This document shows positions 20,507 through 31,913 of a stretch of DNA of 64,000 nucleotides, piece by piece (position 1 is the first letter of the stretch; every line of letters starts with the position of its first letter). The position numbers and the translations under genes are program-made. Under the pieces are notes generated by a model, which did not search any database, was not told where the DNA came from, and saw nothing but the letters and a program-made list of their open reading frames with translations. This DNA is from Nitrospirales bacterium (GTDB lineage: Bacteria > Nitrospirota > Nitrospiria > Nitrospirales > UBA8639), in assembly GCA_965223295.1 (NCBI GenBank), contig CBDCWC010000002.1, positions 1,312,001 to 1,376,000 on the forward strand. The letters are read 5' to 3'.

Positions 20507-21871
20507 TTATCCTACCGGAACAAACGCACGTCTTCGACTATATGGCCGTGAAGAAATTTGACTCGCTCCTTCCATATGCCAGGACCTTACCACCCTGTGC
20601 ATGTGCTCTTTAAGAAGAACGACAACGGCAACAAGTTGATAAAATACATCGAAATACGCGGTATCTAAAAATGTTCCTACGATCATATACACGACGAAAC
20701 TGATCTGAAGCATCCATGCATAGTACATCATCCATTCCAAATCCTTGTTCCTTCGACTAAACCGTGCAATGGTATTGAGGCTCACAAAACTTGAAACCAA
20801 GAGTCCAATCCATACCAGAAATGCGACAATTCCATGTTCGCCCCATATTGTGAACCACATACTATGACATGACCAAGCTTTTCTATTTCCATATTTTTCA
20901 ATAAACTCGGGGAAATACTGAGGATAAATCTCCAATCTATAGTAATTAAAACCCTCGCCAGTCAAAGGATTGGCTAACCCAACCCGCCAGCACAATTCCC
21001 AATTCCAAAATCGGCTCACTGCAGAGGCATCTTCTTCATAATTGACAAGTGCATCAAATCGCTGTTGCACACGTTCAGGCAAAACATCTATCGTCAATAA
21101 CGGAAGAAAGACCAAGGTAAATATGAGCGCTCCAAGTGCAATGAGCACCTTATAACGACTCCTGAAAAGAATTAAGCCAACTGCGGCTGCTATCCCGAGC
21201 CATGCGCCTCGAGAAAACGTTCCGATCACCGCTGGGAACGAAAATCCTAACATCACCCACATCAATCGACGCATCCATGGATTTGATTCGACTTTAATCA
21301 AATAAAAGAGAAAAGGGACATTCATCGCAAGGGCTAAACCAATGGAATTATTCGCGGAAAGAAAGGTTCGGTCAGGCCCCCAGACAATGTCTGTAAAACC
21401 CGTCGCTATGGACCAAAATCCTGACTTAACAGCAAAAAATCCAATTGATAAGGCTAGGACCTTCATGATCATCTGAACTCGTTCTTTTGTGTTGAGAATG
21501 GCCATAGACAGAAACACCATCAGCAAGATTTTTGTTACATAGGTAAAACGAGTTAAGGCAGAATCAGACACCCAATCTCGGTAAGGAATATAGGCAAAAG
21601 CAGTCGACACACAAAACAACACCCACAGTCCTAGCAACAACCAGACTTCTCGCTGGAAAGGAAGTTTTTTCGGCTCTCGAGAAAGGGCATACCCCGCGAT
21701 TGTCGCGATCGCAACAAGCTGTGCGAGAGGAAAGTCACGGGCAAAACCCCACGTAAAACTATGAGGATTGAGAATCCCAAAGGCAATAAAAATGAGCATC
21801 CCATGATGAGGCCGTCGGAAGGCCACAACCATACTTACCAATACGATGGATACGACAAGGATATCTCTCAT
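20507..21871 (-). CDS. O-antigen-ligase-like membrane protein (putative O-glycosylation ligase, exosortase A-associated type)
   Basis: MRDI start, NPHSFTWGFA, multi-TM, TFSRGAWLG, SAVSR, HSMWFTIWGEHG. Confidence 0.85.
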   Translation of the reverse strand: MRDILVVSIVLVSMVVAFRRPHHGMLIFIAFGILNPHSFTWGFARDFPLAQLVAIATIAGYALSREPKKLPFQREVWLLLGLWVLFCVSTAFAYIPYRDWVSDSALTRFTYVTKILLMVFLSMAILNTKERVQMIMKVLALSIGFFAVKSGFWSIATGFTDIVWGPDRTFLSANNSIGLALAMNVPFLFYLIKVESNPWMRRLMWVMLGFSFPAVIGTFSRGAWLGIAAAVGLILFRSRYKVLIALGALIFTLVFLPLLTIDVLPERVQQRFDALVNYEEDASAVSRFWNWELCWRVGLANPLTGEGFNYYRLEIYPQYFPEFIEKYGNRKAWSCHSMWFTIWGEHGIVAFLVWIGLLVSSFVSLNTIARFSRRNKDLEWMMYYAWMLQISFVVYMIVGTFLDTAYFDVFYQLVAVVVLLKEHMHRVVRSWHMEGASQISSRPYSRRRAFVPVG

Positions 21872-23133
21872 TTGGTCTGCCTCGCCTGTCTCACATCACT
21901 GACCCTGGTCAATGCCTGTGCCAGAACTTTTGCTTGTGCCTCTCGTGAAAATTTTTCAATACTATTGATAAATGGGACAGGATGATTTCCCTTTCTCACT
22001 TGATCAAGAAAGACAGGCAACCCCTCACAAAGAGATCGAGTATCCTGCATATCAAGGATCGTCGCTCCGCCACATTCACTCAACATCTTTGCTGTATCTC
22101 CCATTTGATCGGTTAAAGCCAGGATAGGCCTTTGCAATCGAAGATACTCATAGACTTTTGCTGGAATTTGATGGTTACACGATGCTCCCTGTAGCAAAAG
22201 CAATCCATCTGCTTGTGCACAATCGTGCAAAGATTCCCGATATGGAAGAGATGGAAGAAGATGTACAATATCGTGTATTTGCAATGCTTGCAGCATAGAA
22301 GAATAGCGTTGTTCAGACCCTGCACCACGAAATTCGACTCGCAAAATCGCTGAATCAATAGCACCATTTTTCTTTAATTCAGAAAGCGCTCGAAACAAAG
22401 CTTCTGGATTTCGTTCGTGTGGGTAGACAACACCAGCATGCAGTAACCGCAGGCGAGAGTTAGGCTTGAGAGGCTCAAGACCCAGAACCGTAATATTCTG
22501 AAAATCCTGTTCATCATACCCATTTGAAATCACAAAGCATGACTCAGCCTTTAACCATGAATACCGTTTTAAGTATAATTGTATTGTTGAAGGGGCCGTA
22601 AAAATATTCAGTGAACTGGAACGAAGAGCTTTCTGTTCAATCCATTGGTAATATCGTCGGGTCAGGGGATCACGTGGATAGTTCTCTTCGGTCATGGAAT
22701 CCCGAAAGTCCGCAATCCATGGAAGACCGGTTAATTTTTTTAGAAAAAAGCCAAGAAGATGGGCCGTCGCGATAGGGTACGTTGACCAAATAACTTGCGG
22801 CTTGTATTTTCGAATCAACGACAAACCACTGGGAATACCCCCAACACACCAACTGACCCAACGATCGGGTAACGCAAGCGTTTTGATGTAAGATCGCCGA
22901 AACGATAGGTGGCGAGCCGTATCTAGAGCAAATGCACGCTTCACAATGACCTCTGCAGGGATATCTTCAAGTTGATGTGTACTTGTTTGTATATAGGCAC
23001 GTGGGTTAGCCGTAAGAACAATCGGCTGCCATCCATACTGTGGAAGATACCGTGAAAACTTCAGCGTTCGATGAACTCCACTTCCTCCAGAGTAAGGAGG
23101 ATAATGAAAGGCAATCATGAGTATGCTGTTCAA
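21868..23133 (-). CDS. GT4-like glycosyltransferase
   Basis: MIAFHYPP..SGVHRT, WIADFRD, IPAKVYEYL. Confidence 0.85.
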   Translation of the reverse strand: MNSILMIAFHYPPYSGGSGVHRTLKFSRYLPQYGWQPIVLTANPRAYIQTSTHQLEDIPAEVIVKRAFALDTARHLSFRRSYIKTLALPDRWVSWCVGGIPSGLSLIRKYKPQVIWSTYPIATAHLLGFFLKKLTGLPWIADFRDSMTEENYPRDPLTRRYYQWIEQKALRSSSLNIFTAPSTIQLYLKRYSWLKAESCFVISNGYDEQDFQNITVLGLEPLKPNSRLRLLHAGVVYPHERNPEALFRALSELKKNGAIDSAILRVEFRGAGSEQRYSSMLQALQIHDIVHLLPSLPYRESLHDCAQADGLLLLQGASCNHQIPAKVYEYLRLQRPILALTDQMGDTAKMLSECGGATILDMQDTRSLCEGLPVFLDQVRKGNHPVPFINSIEKFSREAQAKVLAQALTRVSDVRQARQTK

Positions 23134-24362
23134 GTGTGATGCCCTACCTGCTTACGAGAAGCGGGTGCTGCCTCACCTTCAGGTCGTTTCTGTTTCCCCG
23201 AACGAATGACATCCTCCACTTCACTCACTAACGCATACTGTTCCTCTTGAGTTAAACTTTGGTGATTGGGCAACAATACAACATGATCATAGAGAAATTT
23301 TGCATCAGGAAATTGATCAAGAGGTAACGAGGGATGAATCACACCATCCCAGGAAAACGCTTGAATACCTTTATCTCTCAGTCTGACATGAACATCCCGT
23401 TGTTCACGAACCACGATCGGAAATACCCATGCACAGACATCGTGTTTCCCCACGCTTGCCCACGGTTCAACACCGGAAAGAGATGATAAAGCATTAAAAA
23501 GGTTTGTCGAATAAGCTTTTCGTTGTTGAACGACGGCAGATATATCGATTTTCGTGAGAATACGTTTCGACCACCGACTCATGGGCCAATTCACTTGCAT
23601 AAAATCAAACCCTCCAGACGGTGAGCGACGCAAATCCTGTTTAGCACCCAAATCAGTAACAGAGGTCGACTCATTCTGACGTTGGAGTGAAAGAGACGGG
23701 CTACACAAAGAAGATTTCATTGTTCTTCGCCTATCACTCAAACATTTCTCCAAAAGATTTTTGGCGATCTTCAATTGGAACCATGTATCTAATGATTGAA
23801 AAGGAATTGACTCCGGACTCAATCCCTTGTTACAGACCAACAGCCCTCCATCATAAATCGGGAAAAATTTTCTCCAACTAAAGATACTCACATCACCGAA
23901 GCTTCCAACGGCTTGCCCACCAATGTCTCCCAACAGTACATGCGCACAATCTTCGACGAGCAATAAACGATGCTCGTCACAGAACGCTCGTAGTGTTTGT
24001 GCAGGCTGAAGAATACCAAAGTAATGAATAGCGATTATTGCTTTGGTTTGATCATCAATCTTTTCTACAATATCTTCAAAATCAACAACCCCCTCACGCG
24101 TAACATTATAAAATATTACTTGACAGCCAAAATGAAGAACCGGCTCAATCATGGTATGGCAATGGAATGCCGGAACAAGGACTTTATCACCAGGATTCAA
24201 GCCTAAGATCCTAAGCCCATGATATAACGCATTCCGAGCCCAAAAATGATAGGTTATTGTCGACCTCTGGGTTTTAACGGGAACGGGAAGCTTGCATGCT
24301 GCAAAGGAAGGCCAGAGCAAACGAAAGCTCAAACGTGGATCTCGTGAGACAACGAACGCCAT
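23130..24362 (-). CDS. DegT/DnrJ/EryC1/StrS PLP-dependent aminotransferase family
   Basis: VLVPAFHC, IHYFG, EDCAH, FSWRKFFP (PLP lysine), LPNHQ. Confidence 0.82.
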   Translation of the reverse strand: MAFVVSRDPRLSFRLLWPSFAACKLPVPVKTQRSTITYHFWARNALYHGLRILGLNPGDKVLVPAFHCHTMIEPVLHFGCQVIFYNVTREGVVDFEDIVEKIDDQTKAIIAIHYFGILQPAQTLRAFCDEHRLLLVEDCAHVLLGDIGGQAVGSFGDVSIFSWRKFFPIYDGGLLVCNKGLSPESIPFQSLDTWFQLKIAKNLLEKCLSDRRRTMKSSLCSPSLSLQRQNESTSVTDLGAKQDLRRSPSGGFDFMQVNWPMSRWSKRILTKIDISAVVQQRKAYSTNLFNALSSLSGVEPWASVGKHDVCAWVFPIVVREQRDVHVRLRDKGIQAFSWDGVIHPSLPLDQFPDAKFLYDHVVLLPNHQSLTQEEQYALVSEVEDVIRSGKQKRPEGEAAPASRKQVGHHT

Positions 24363-24440
24363 AAACCACTACTACATATGTTGAGAACAAGTGCCCGCTA
24401 TCATCACAAAGACACCAATTTTCCTACACGGATATTTCAT

Positions 24441-25748
24441 CTAACAAAATTCACGTACCATGTCATCATAAGTTCCTCTACGTCGAACGACTTCGGCTTG
24501 TTCACCATTGACCAAAACCTCTGGTGGAGCGCAATGACTCAAAAACTGGACCGGACTGGCCGTCCTCGCGTATGCACCAGATTGAAGAACACCTACCCAA
24601 TCTCCCACTGCGATCTTCGGCAATTCAACCCCGCGCGCCAACACATCTAAGGGAGTACAAAGTGGCCCAACCACGTCCACACGCTCCTCAAGTGGTTTAT
24701 CGATTTTATTTAACACACAAACAGGAAAGTTCTTTTTGATCACTTGTCCAAAATTCCCCGATGCGGCAAGATGTTGATGCATTCCGCCATCAACGATGAC
24801 AAACTTCTTCTCTCGTGAAACCTTAATATCGGTCACTTGAGTCACATACACACCGGATTCTCCAACAAGGTATCGTCCAGGTTCGACCATCAACCGCGTT
24901 CCAGAAAAAGCCGGATCATCTCGTATGCCAGAGAGAAGTTCTTGTAGCCCACGGGCAAGAGGCTCCATTTCTAATTCAGACTCCTTACCAAAGTAGGGAA
25001 TGCCCAATCCTCCCCCAAAATCGATGGTCTGCAGGGGAACGTTTGTTTGTTTAACAATACATCTGGCAATTTCAATTCCTTTTCGATACTGTGATAACAG
25101 AACGCCAAAATCTAAGATTTGGGTGCCCGAAAACAGATGAAGTCCGCCAAACTCAAGCCATGGATTTTGTCGCACATGATTCATCACAGAATCCAACTCT
25201 TCTTCATCAATCCCAAATGGCGTTGCTTGGCCTCCCATTCGCATTGCCCCTCCCAAAGCGTCTCCTGTTGGATTCACACGAATGGCAACCCTTGCACGAA
25301 GACCTAGCCGCTCACCGATTGTTGCGATACGTTCAATCTCCAACAATGACTCAGCATGGATTTCCCCGATTCCTTCTTTTAAGACCTTCTCTAATTCATC
25401 TTCAGTCTTTCCCGGACCGGCAAAAACAATATCTTCAGGGGCACAACCCGCCTGTCGGGCTTGAAAAAATTCGCCTCCCGAAGCAATTTCCAATCCACAT
25501 CCTTTGCTCAACAAATGCCGAAGAATGGCCTGACACGGATTCGCTTTCACCGAATAACTAATGGAAAATTCTTGAGGGAGGGTTGCTCGCAACAACTCAA
25601 ACTTTTTATCAATCACGCACGAATCATACACAAACATCGGCGTGCCAACATCTTTCACAATTGCGTCAATCAAAATTTGTTTGCCAAAAGCCACTTTTCC
25701 CGACACGATACTAAAATGCTGTGCAATCAAATCTGTGGCATCAGGCAT
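24441..25748 (-). CDS. PLP-dependent decarboxylase (LysA fold), exosortase A system-associated type
   Basis: YSVKANP, FAGPGKT, MRMGG, DFGGGLG, EPGRY, DGGMHQHLAASGNFGQ, GPLCTPLD. Confidence 0.9.
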   Translation of the reverse strand: MPDATDLIAQHFSIVSGKVAFGKQILIDAIVKDVGTPMFVYDSCVIDKKFELLRATLPQEFSISYSVKANPCQAILRHLLSKGCGLEIASGGEFFQARQAGCAPEDIVFAGPGKTEDELEKVLKEGIGEIHAESLLEIERIATIGERLGLRARVAIRVNPTGDALGGAMRMGGQATPFGIDEEELDSVMNHVRQNPWLEFGGLHLFSGTQILDFGVLLSQYRKGIEIARCIVKQTNVPLQTIDFGGGLGIPYFGKESELEMEPLARGLQELLSGIRDDPAFSGTRLMVEPGRYLVGESGVYVTQVTDIKVSREKKFVIVDGGMHQHLAASGNFGQVIKKNFPVCVLNKIDKPLEERVDVVGPLCTPLDVLARGVELPKIAVGDWVGVLQSGAYARTASPVQFLSHCAPPEVLVNGEQAEVVRRRGTYDDMVREFC

Positions 25749-27321
25749 TTGACTCTTCCTTCATTCTTTGCAACTCCGTGTAATCAATTTTTCCATTGGG
25801 TGTCTTAGGTAAGTTGTCGACAATCTCGATCGCCTTTGGCATCATGTACCGCGGGAGTTTCATCGAGCAAAATGCATTCAATTCTGCGACATCACATCCC
25901 TCGGGATCATTTTTCACAACACACGCCATTACCGCTTGGCCGAGAACCTCATCCGGAATACCAATGACGGCCACCTCTTTCACCTTTCCGCTTTGATAAA
26001 AAGCTTCTTCCACTTCGGTACGGCTAATTCGAAAGCCGGCTGACTTAATCATGGAATCACGCCGACCAACAAAGTACAGAAATCCTTCCTCATCCATCCG
26101 AACCAAGTCTCCAGAATAGCAGACCTTCTCATCATCCAAACCATGACATGATGAAAATGGGTGAGGGCGCAAGACTTTGTCCGTTAACTCTGAATTACCC
26201 CAGTATCCTAATGACACCGTGGGACCGCGATGAACAAGCTCTCCAATTTCTTCTGGCTTCGCAGGCGACCCATCGCTTGTGACAACGAGAATTTCTGTAT
26301 TGGGAATGGCTTTTCCCATTGAAGTCGGACGGCGATCCAGCTCGTGAGGAGGCAAATACGTCGAGCGGAATGCTTCGGTCAGTCCATACATCAGATACAC
26401 ATTCGTTTCAGGCAAGGCTTTTCGAAGGACGCCCAAGACATGTTCCGGCATAGCTCCCCCGGTATTCGTAATATAGCGAAGGTCTGGAAAACTGTTTTTC
26501 TGAAGGGAGGAGTTCGGTTGGGCCAGAAGGTTCCACATGGTAGGAACACCAGCTAATCCTGTGATCCGTTCACGCAACAACATCTGCACGATTTCCTTTG
26601 CAAACACAAAGGTCATCAGAACCAAAGTACAGCCTTGCTGGAAAGCCGTCATGAGTTGATTGAGACCAGCATCAAAGCTAAAGGGCAGCACAGCTAAAAT
26701 TTTATCACGGTCGCTAATCTCTAAATAGGTTGACACAATCGAACTACCGCTCACCACATTGGCATGACTGAGCATGACGCCCTTAGGCTTTCCCGTCGAA
26801 CCAGACGTATACAGAATGGCCGCTAAGTCTTTTTCGATACAACAATCAACGATATCAGCTGAACCGCTGCTGTCGATTAAATCAATAAATTGATGGACTG
26901 GCTGGGACAGCTGAATATCGCTCGCATCATCAATCACAACCCATACCTTGACACTTGGAACCCCTTCCTGGGCTGCATGCAATGCAGCTAATCGCTTTTT
27001 CGTTGTAATCAAGACACTCATCTCACAATCGCGTGCAATGTGCTGAACTTGCTCGGAGAGCAAGAGGCCATTGACCGGCACAAACACTCCACCGCCTTGA
27101 GACACACCAAAAATTGAAACCACGAGCTCCATAGACGGGTCAAGATAGATTCCAACTCGGTCTCCCCGCTCCATTCCGAGCCGCTTCAATCCTTCAGCAA
27201 GCGCTGTGACTTGCCATAAAACGTCTTGATACGTTAAGCGTTGGTCTCCATAGACCAACGCCGTTTTATCGGCAAAACGGCGAGCACTGCTCTGCAACAT
27301 GTGATGAATCAGAAAATCCAT
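25741..27321 (-). CDS. AMP-forming acyl/aminoacyl ligase, exosortase A system-associated type
   Basis: YTSGSTGKPKG, LPFSFDAG, MYGLTEAFRSTYL, SGDL, PKTPNGKID; overlaps the decarboxylase start by 8 nt. Confidence 0.9.
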   Translation of the reverse strand: MDFLIHHMLQSSARRFADKTALVYGDQRLTYQDVLWQVTALAEGLKRLGMERGDRVGIYLDPSMELVVSIFGVSQGGGVFVPVNGLLLSEQVQHIARDCEMSVLITTKKRLAALHAAQEGVPSVKVWVVIDDASDIQLSQPVHQFIDLIDSSGSADIVDCCIEKDLAAILYTSGSTGKPKGVMLSHANVVSGSSIVSTYLEISDRDKILAVLPFSFDAGLNQLMTAFQQGCTLVLMTFVFAKEIVQMLLRERITGLAGVPTMWNLLAQPNSSLQKNSFPDLRYITNTGGAMPEHVLGVLRKALPETNVYLMYGLTEAFRSTYLPPHELDRRPTSMGKAIPNTEILVVTSDGSPAKPEEIGELVHRGPTVSLGYWGNSELTDKVLRPHPFSSCHGLDDEKVCYSGDLVRMDEEGFLYFVGRRDSMIKSAGFRISRTEVEEAFYQSGKVKEVAVIGIPDEVLGQAVMACVVKNDPEGCDVAELNAFCSMKLPRYMMPKAIEIVDNLPKTPNGKIDYTELQRMKEESNA

Positions 27322-27375
27322 TCGATATCACTCCATAATAAACGATGACAACTTCAACGCATTTCCTAGCCTAAA

Positions 27376-28341
27376 CTAATATTCAATGAGTCTTTTTTCT
27401 GGCACCCCTTTCCAATACTGAGCCAACATCCCTTTTCGATACGAGTACTGAAGTGCAGCTTCGAAACGACGTTGACGATTTCCACAGACACTGGCCCATA
27501 CAGATTGCACAAAGGCTTGCAACGTTTGGATATATATATATCTCGGCACGCCCAACAGCAGTGGCGTCGAGGGTAATCCAGACATAAACGCAAAGGTTCC
27601 CCCATATGAAGCCACCCGACCCCGAAGCCAATCCACCGTCAGTTGCTCTTCGCGAATTTGATGATGCACTAATGCCTCAGGCAAATAAATTGGGACATAT
27701 CCAGCCTGTTCCAATCGATACAAAAATTCGGTTTCATCTCCCATGACATATTGTCCGCTATTGGGGCCAAAGTCTGTATTAAATTGAAACCCTTCGCGTA
27801 AGACGCTTAAACGAACAGCAAAATTCGGCCCCCACACCATGCTCGGTTTATACTCTCCTTCAGACCGTTTCCAATCCGCAATGACATACGCAGAGCGTAC
27901 CAATCGATTATCAAGATCAATGTCAACGGCATCTGTGGGGAAACTCGGTAATATTCTTCCTCCAAACACGGTATGATTGGGCCAACGTTTCGCACCTTCT
28001 AAAATTTTAACTAGCCACTGTGAATCAGCGAGCACATCATCATCGGTAAAGACAACCAATTCACCCCTGACTTTCCCAATGGCAGTATTGAGTGCATAAT
28101 TTTTTCCTTGGCGATTTTCAACAACGTATGTTAAAGGCAGTTGCCCATCAAACTCTTGAATAAGACGCTTTGTCTCAGCGTCATCGGCATTATCGACAAC
28201 AATAATTTCCCAATCTAACCCTTTGACCTCCAACTTCGTGAAACTTGAGAGGGTTCGCGTCAGAATAGGAACACGCTTACATGTGGCTAAGACAAGAGAA
28301 AGATCCATGAAACCTGCGTTAGACGTTTTCGCTGCGGACAT
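27376..28341 (-). CDS. GT2 glycosyltransferase
   Basis: WEIIVVDN, ALNTAI, FTDDD, GGRILP, GDETE; alternative start ATG 28308. Confidence 0.88.
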   Translation of the reverse strand: MSAAKTSNAGFMDLSLVLATCKRVPILTRTLSSFTKLEVKGLDWEIIVVDNADDAETKRLIQEFDGQLPLTYVVENRQGKNYALNTAIGKVRGELVVFTDDDVLADSQWLVKILEGAKRWPNHTVFGGRILPSFPTDAVDIDLDNRLVRSAYVIADWKRSEGEYKPSMVWGPNFAVRLSVLREGFQFNTDFGPNSGQYVMGDETEFLYRLEQAGYVPIYLPEALVHHQIREEQLTVDWLRGRVASYGGTFAFMSGLPSTPLLLGVPRYIYIQTLQAFVQSVWASVCGNRQRRFEAALQYSYRKGMLAQYWKGVPEKRLIEY

Positions 28342-28566
28342 TCACAGCACTCTCAAAGACCAATCCAGAAATAGCCCAATCGAATGTGCAAAAGATCTAC
28401 TGTGCGTCAATAGGTTAGCAGAACCTTCACCTTTCTATCGGACAACAACAGACAAATTTTGAGTAAAATTTGCCATACGGGCTACCGCTTCAAAGCAATA
28501 TGATCTTTCAGTGTGATTTTCAACTGACAATGGTGATCCCCAGGACAGACATCTTCATTATTGAAA

Positions 28567-28746
28567 TGGAGTGTTGAATAATGAAGATATCAAGGGCCAT
28601 ATTTCGCCAGGAAGCGGCTTGCCACAACAGCCTCGGGGCTGTCCGTTCAGCAAGGCCACAGCCATTTTTGCACACGGAGCGTACTGGCAGTACGGGAGCA
28701 CGGGAAAATGGCGAGAACGCCGCTGGCGGCTTTTTTCAACAGACCC
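28567..28746 (+). mobile_element. MITE family 1, copy C
   Basis: Ends TGGAGTGTTGAATAA...TTTTTTCAACAGACCC; direct repeat TGAAA at 28562-28566 and 28747-28751; core hairpin CGTACT-GGC-AGTACG. Confidence 0.82.
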
Positions 28747-29012
28747 TGAAATGAAATATCTTGTACCTGAAGACCAAAGAAACAATCTGATCTGATCATT
28801 TCGGAAGCGAAAAAAAGAAATTTTTGCGTTAACTACAGCTGAAATTTAAGTAGATTTTGATAGATTATATTGCCTAATAATATATTACTATATTCTCTAG
28901 ACTTGGAATTTATGATTATGAGGGGAAATTCGTTGAACGATATCGACACAGCTCTCGCAACACCTAGCCACGGTAGATCGGGCCAGCCGTACTCTTAATT
29001 TCATATGGCGCT

Positions 29013-29969
29013 CTAACTGTCTCTCAAACCATGACTCAACTCATTTTCTTTAAGGAGACCTTTCCAGAACTGATACAGGTATCCCTTTTCAAACCAATAT
29101 TGTAATCCACGATGAAAACGAGTCTGCTGGTTATTTTGGCAGCACGACCCTAAATATTTCAGGTATTTTATGACCACTCCTTTAAACAGATACCTAGGGA
29201 CACCAAAAAGTAACGGAACATCAGGATACCCCCCATTCAACGCCCAAGAACGCCCAGACTTGAGCACCCTTCTGTATAACCACTGAACCGTCAATTGTTC
29301 GGGACGAATAGTGTGATAGACCAAACCCTGAGGTAAGTAAGCAAATGCACATCCAGACTTGTGTAACCGGTAAGCTAACTCAGTTTCGTCCCCAACAATG
29401 AGATCAGTCCCCGGCCCAAGATCCGTTCGGAAAGCAAAGCCCTGGTGAAAGAGATGGGAACGAATTGCCCAGTTAGGACCTAGGACCATCCAAGGGTGAA
29501 ATTCCCCTTCATCCGTTTCCGCATCTGCTATTGCGTAACAACCTTTTACCCAAGTGTGCTCAAAATCAATAGGCAACTTCTCGGGACTGATTGCATCTGG
29601 AAACTTGGGAAGTATCCGCCCGCCAAAGACAGAATGAGATGGCCGTGCTTGAACACCCTGCCACATCCTCAATACCCACTTTGAATCAGCAACAATATCA
29701 TCATCGGTAAACAGGAACAGGTCACCAGCGGCATGAGCCATTGCCGAATTCAATGCGTTGCATTTGCCCAAATGCGTTTCTACGATAAATTTTATTGGCA
29801 ATTGACGGGCGTAATGCTCAACCACCTGTCGCGCGTCATCTCCACCGGCATTGTCCGCGACAATAACTTCCCAGGTCATACCCTCATCTTCCAAATGGCA
29901 AAAACTTTCTAACGTCGCTTTAAGAGACTCCGGCCGCTTATGGGTTGCAAGAATAATTGAGACATCCAT
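29013..29969 (-). CDS. GT2 glycosyltransferase, paralogue of 27376-28341
   Basis: WEVIVADN, FTDDD, VFGGRILP, GDETE, LFGVPRY. Confidence 0.88.
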   Translation of the reverse strand: MDVSIILATHKRPESLKATLESFCHLEDEGMTWEVIVADNAGGDDARQVVEHYARQLPIKFIVETHLGKCNALNSAMAHAAGDLFLFTDDDIVADSKWVLRMWQGVQARPSHSVFGGRILPKFPDAISPEKLPIDFEHTWVKGCYAIADAETDEGEFHPWMVLGPNWAIRSHLFHQGFAFRTDLGPGTDLIVGDETELAYRLHKSGCAFAYLPQGLVYHTIRPEQLTVQWLYRRVLKSGRSWALNGGYPDVPLLFGVPRYLFKGVVIKYLKYLGSCCQNNQQTRFHRGLQYWFEKGYLYQFWKGLLKENELSHGLRDS

Positions 29970-30100
29970 AGTTATAAAACCTTATGTATTTAAACATATT
30001 AATATGAAAACAAAACAACGGAGATTATTATCTCAAAAAGATCCGGAAAAACGCCACCCCATCTGACATTGTCAAAATTTTTATCCAATGGACAATCAAA

Positions 30101-31825
30101 TCATTCTCGATACGGAAGAGTTTTGCGCTTCCAACGCCAAATAGCCATATTGGGTGCGTCAGGAACAGACTCCAATTGATAGTGTTGCTGTAAATAGTCA
30201 AGAACCTCACCAGGAAACGTGCCGCCTAATGAAGCTGGACGATCTGGACGTGTCCAGAAATAGTCATTCCGCCAGCGATAGGTCACCACCCAACCACTCT
30301 CATGGCTTTCGATGACCCGCATGACATCCTCAACGGTTTCGAGAACAATAACCCCCATCGTATAGTCAACAAGCTGTCCTTGGGCATTCCGCCTATTGAT
30401 TGCTATATTCGTAGAAATATACGCGTCATTCATAAAGTACAAAGGCTGAGTCGCCCCATAGTAACGACAAAGAAGGGGATAGGCACAAATCATCACATCT
30501 TCTAATGTAGCCCGCTCCGAAACATATTTCATCGCGCTCTTCCATTTATGATGCTGAACATCCGTCACATGAGGAATGGCGAAATCATTTCTATAGTCCT
30601 TCAACGTCCGCATAAACCAAGGCATATTGACCAGCAATCCTCCAATAACCAGACACATACACCCAACCAACACTATGCGATAAATTTCAGGCGAAATGCA
30701 TTGTTCTTCATTAAGTTTGAGGCTAGAAATCCATAATTTTTTAAAAATCTCGGCAATACTAAATCCAGCAACCATGTACATCAATGGAAGAATGTACAAA
30801 ATATACCGATAGGTTTTCTGTTGAAAAACAATACTATGAATAAGGAAAGGCACAGCAAACGCCAAACATACAAACAGACTGACTCCAGGTTTCTTAGCAA
30901 GACAATAACCCATGGAGACCGCCAAACTTCCAAACACAATAGGATATTCGTCAAACAGGATGTGCCGATAGTACTGCCAATTCTGAGCAACTTCTTTGTT
31001 CCATGGAGGAACTTTCGTAACGGACTGAACGATCTTGCCCTGTATCTCTGGTATCAGAAGAGTTAGGGACGCAAAGCCGACAACAATCACTAAACAGACA
31101 GTACTGTATTTCAAGCGGTTGAATATACTGACATCCTTCATCAACCACCCCAGGCCACCCATCACAAAAATGTACACAAGAACACCTGAGAGACCAGGAA
31201 GGATGAGATGTTGCGTTTCGAAAGCAAGAAAAAATAATCCCATAGCAGTCAAAAGGAAGAAAGGGCGTATTTGAAAAATCGTACCTACTTCTTGGATTCT
31301 CTTTACCACCTTGTTACCAGAAGAACTTTTATGAGGAGATGTGTTCATTCCCTCGTAAAAAAAGAACAACACGAGTAAAAAGAGACATTGAAATAACGCG
31401 TACATTCTGACTTCGCGTGAATGGGCTATCTCAATCGGAGAAAAGGTCACCATGAAAGCTGCGACCAACCCTGCCGGCACAGAAAACCACCTTGCAGTCA
31501 ACCAATACACCAGGAAGACCAGAAGAATACCTAACATCACACTGGGAACACGCAGTGCAAATTCGTTAAATCCACCTAGGATCCCTGCTACGCTAACAAG
31601 AGAAGAGAACAAGAGACTTCTGTCATAATGTTGCCCAGATGGCAATACAGGCGGCTTTCCTTCAGCCAACTCTTTAGCGACATGCACATGAAGAATTTCA
31701 TCAAGCCCAAAGTCCGCATCACCAAGATGCGCGAACCTCAAGAGGGCCGCAATGCACAGGATAAAAAACACCATGGCATAGATCTGAATGCGATGAGAAC
31801 GGTAACAATCCGGTTCTATCTTCAT
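30101..31825 (-). CDS. GT-C (ArnT/PMT, family 39/83-like) membrane glycosyltransferase
   Basis: DE motif after TM1 (DFGLDE), EFALRVPS, SREVRMY, many TM helices, RYILY. Confidence 0.8.
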   Translation of the reverse strand: MKIEPDCYRSHRIQIYAMVFFILCIAALLRFAHLGDADFGLDEILHVHVAKELAEGKPPVLPSGQHYDRSLLFSSLVSVAGILGGFNEFALRVPSVMLGILLVFLVYWLTARWFSVPAGLVAAFMVTFSPIEIAHSREVRMYALFQCLFLLVLFFFYEGMNTSPHKSSSGNKVVKRIQEVGTIFQIRPFFLLTAMGLFFLAFETQHLILPGLSGVLVYIFVMGGLGWLMKDVSIFNRLKYSTVCLVIVVGFASLTLLIPEIQGKIVQSVTKVPPWNKEVAQNWQYYRHILFDEYPIVFGSLAVSMGYCLAKKPGVSLFVCLAFAVPFLIHSIVFQQKTYRYILYILPLMYMVAGFSIAEIFKKLWISSLKLNEEQCISPEIYRIVLVGCMCLVIGGLLVNMPWFMRTLKDYRNDFAIPHVTDVQHHKWKSAMKYVSERATLEDVMICAYPLLCRYYGATQPLYFMNDAYISTNIAINRRNAQGQLVDYTMGVIVLETVEDVMRVIESHESGWVVTYRWRNDYFWTRPDRPASLGGTFPGEVLDYLQQHYQLESVPDAPNMAIWRWKRKTLPYRE

Positions 31826-31913
31826 GCCTACAGTCCTTCAGGTTGCCTACAATGGCTATTCGCCCACTCGCCCCTCGGTCTCAGCTTCTCACAAAAGAAA
31901 CAATTTACAATAC

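Noticed and set aside
24441-25748. lysA diaminopimelate decarboxylase
   Set aside because: MRMGG, HLAASGNFGQ and GPLCTPLD motifs plus coupling to an AMP-ligase indicate the EPS-associated subfamily
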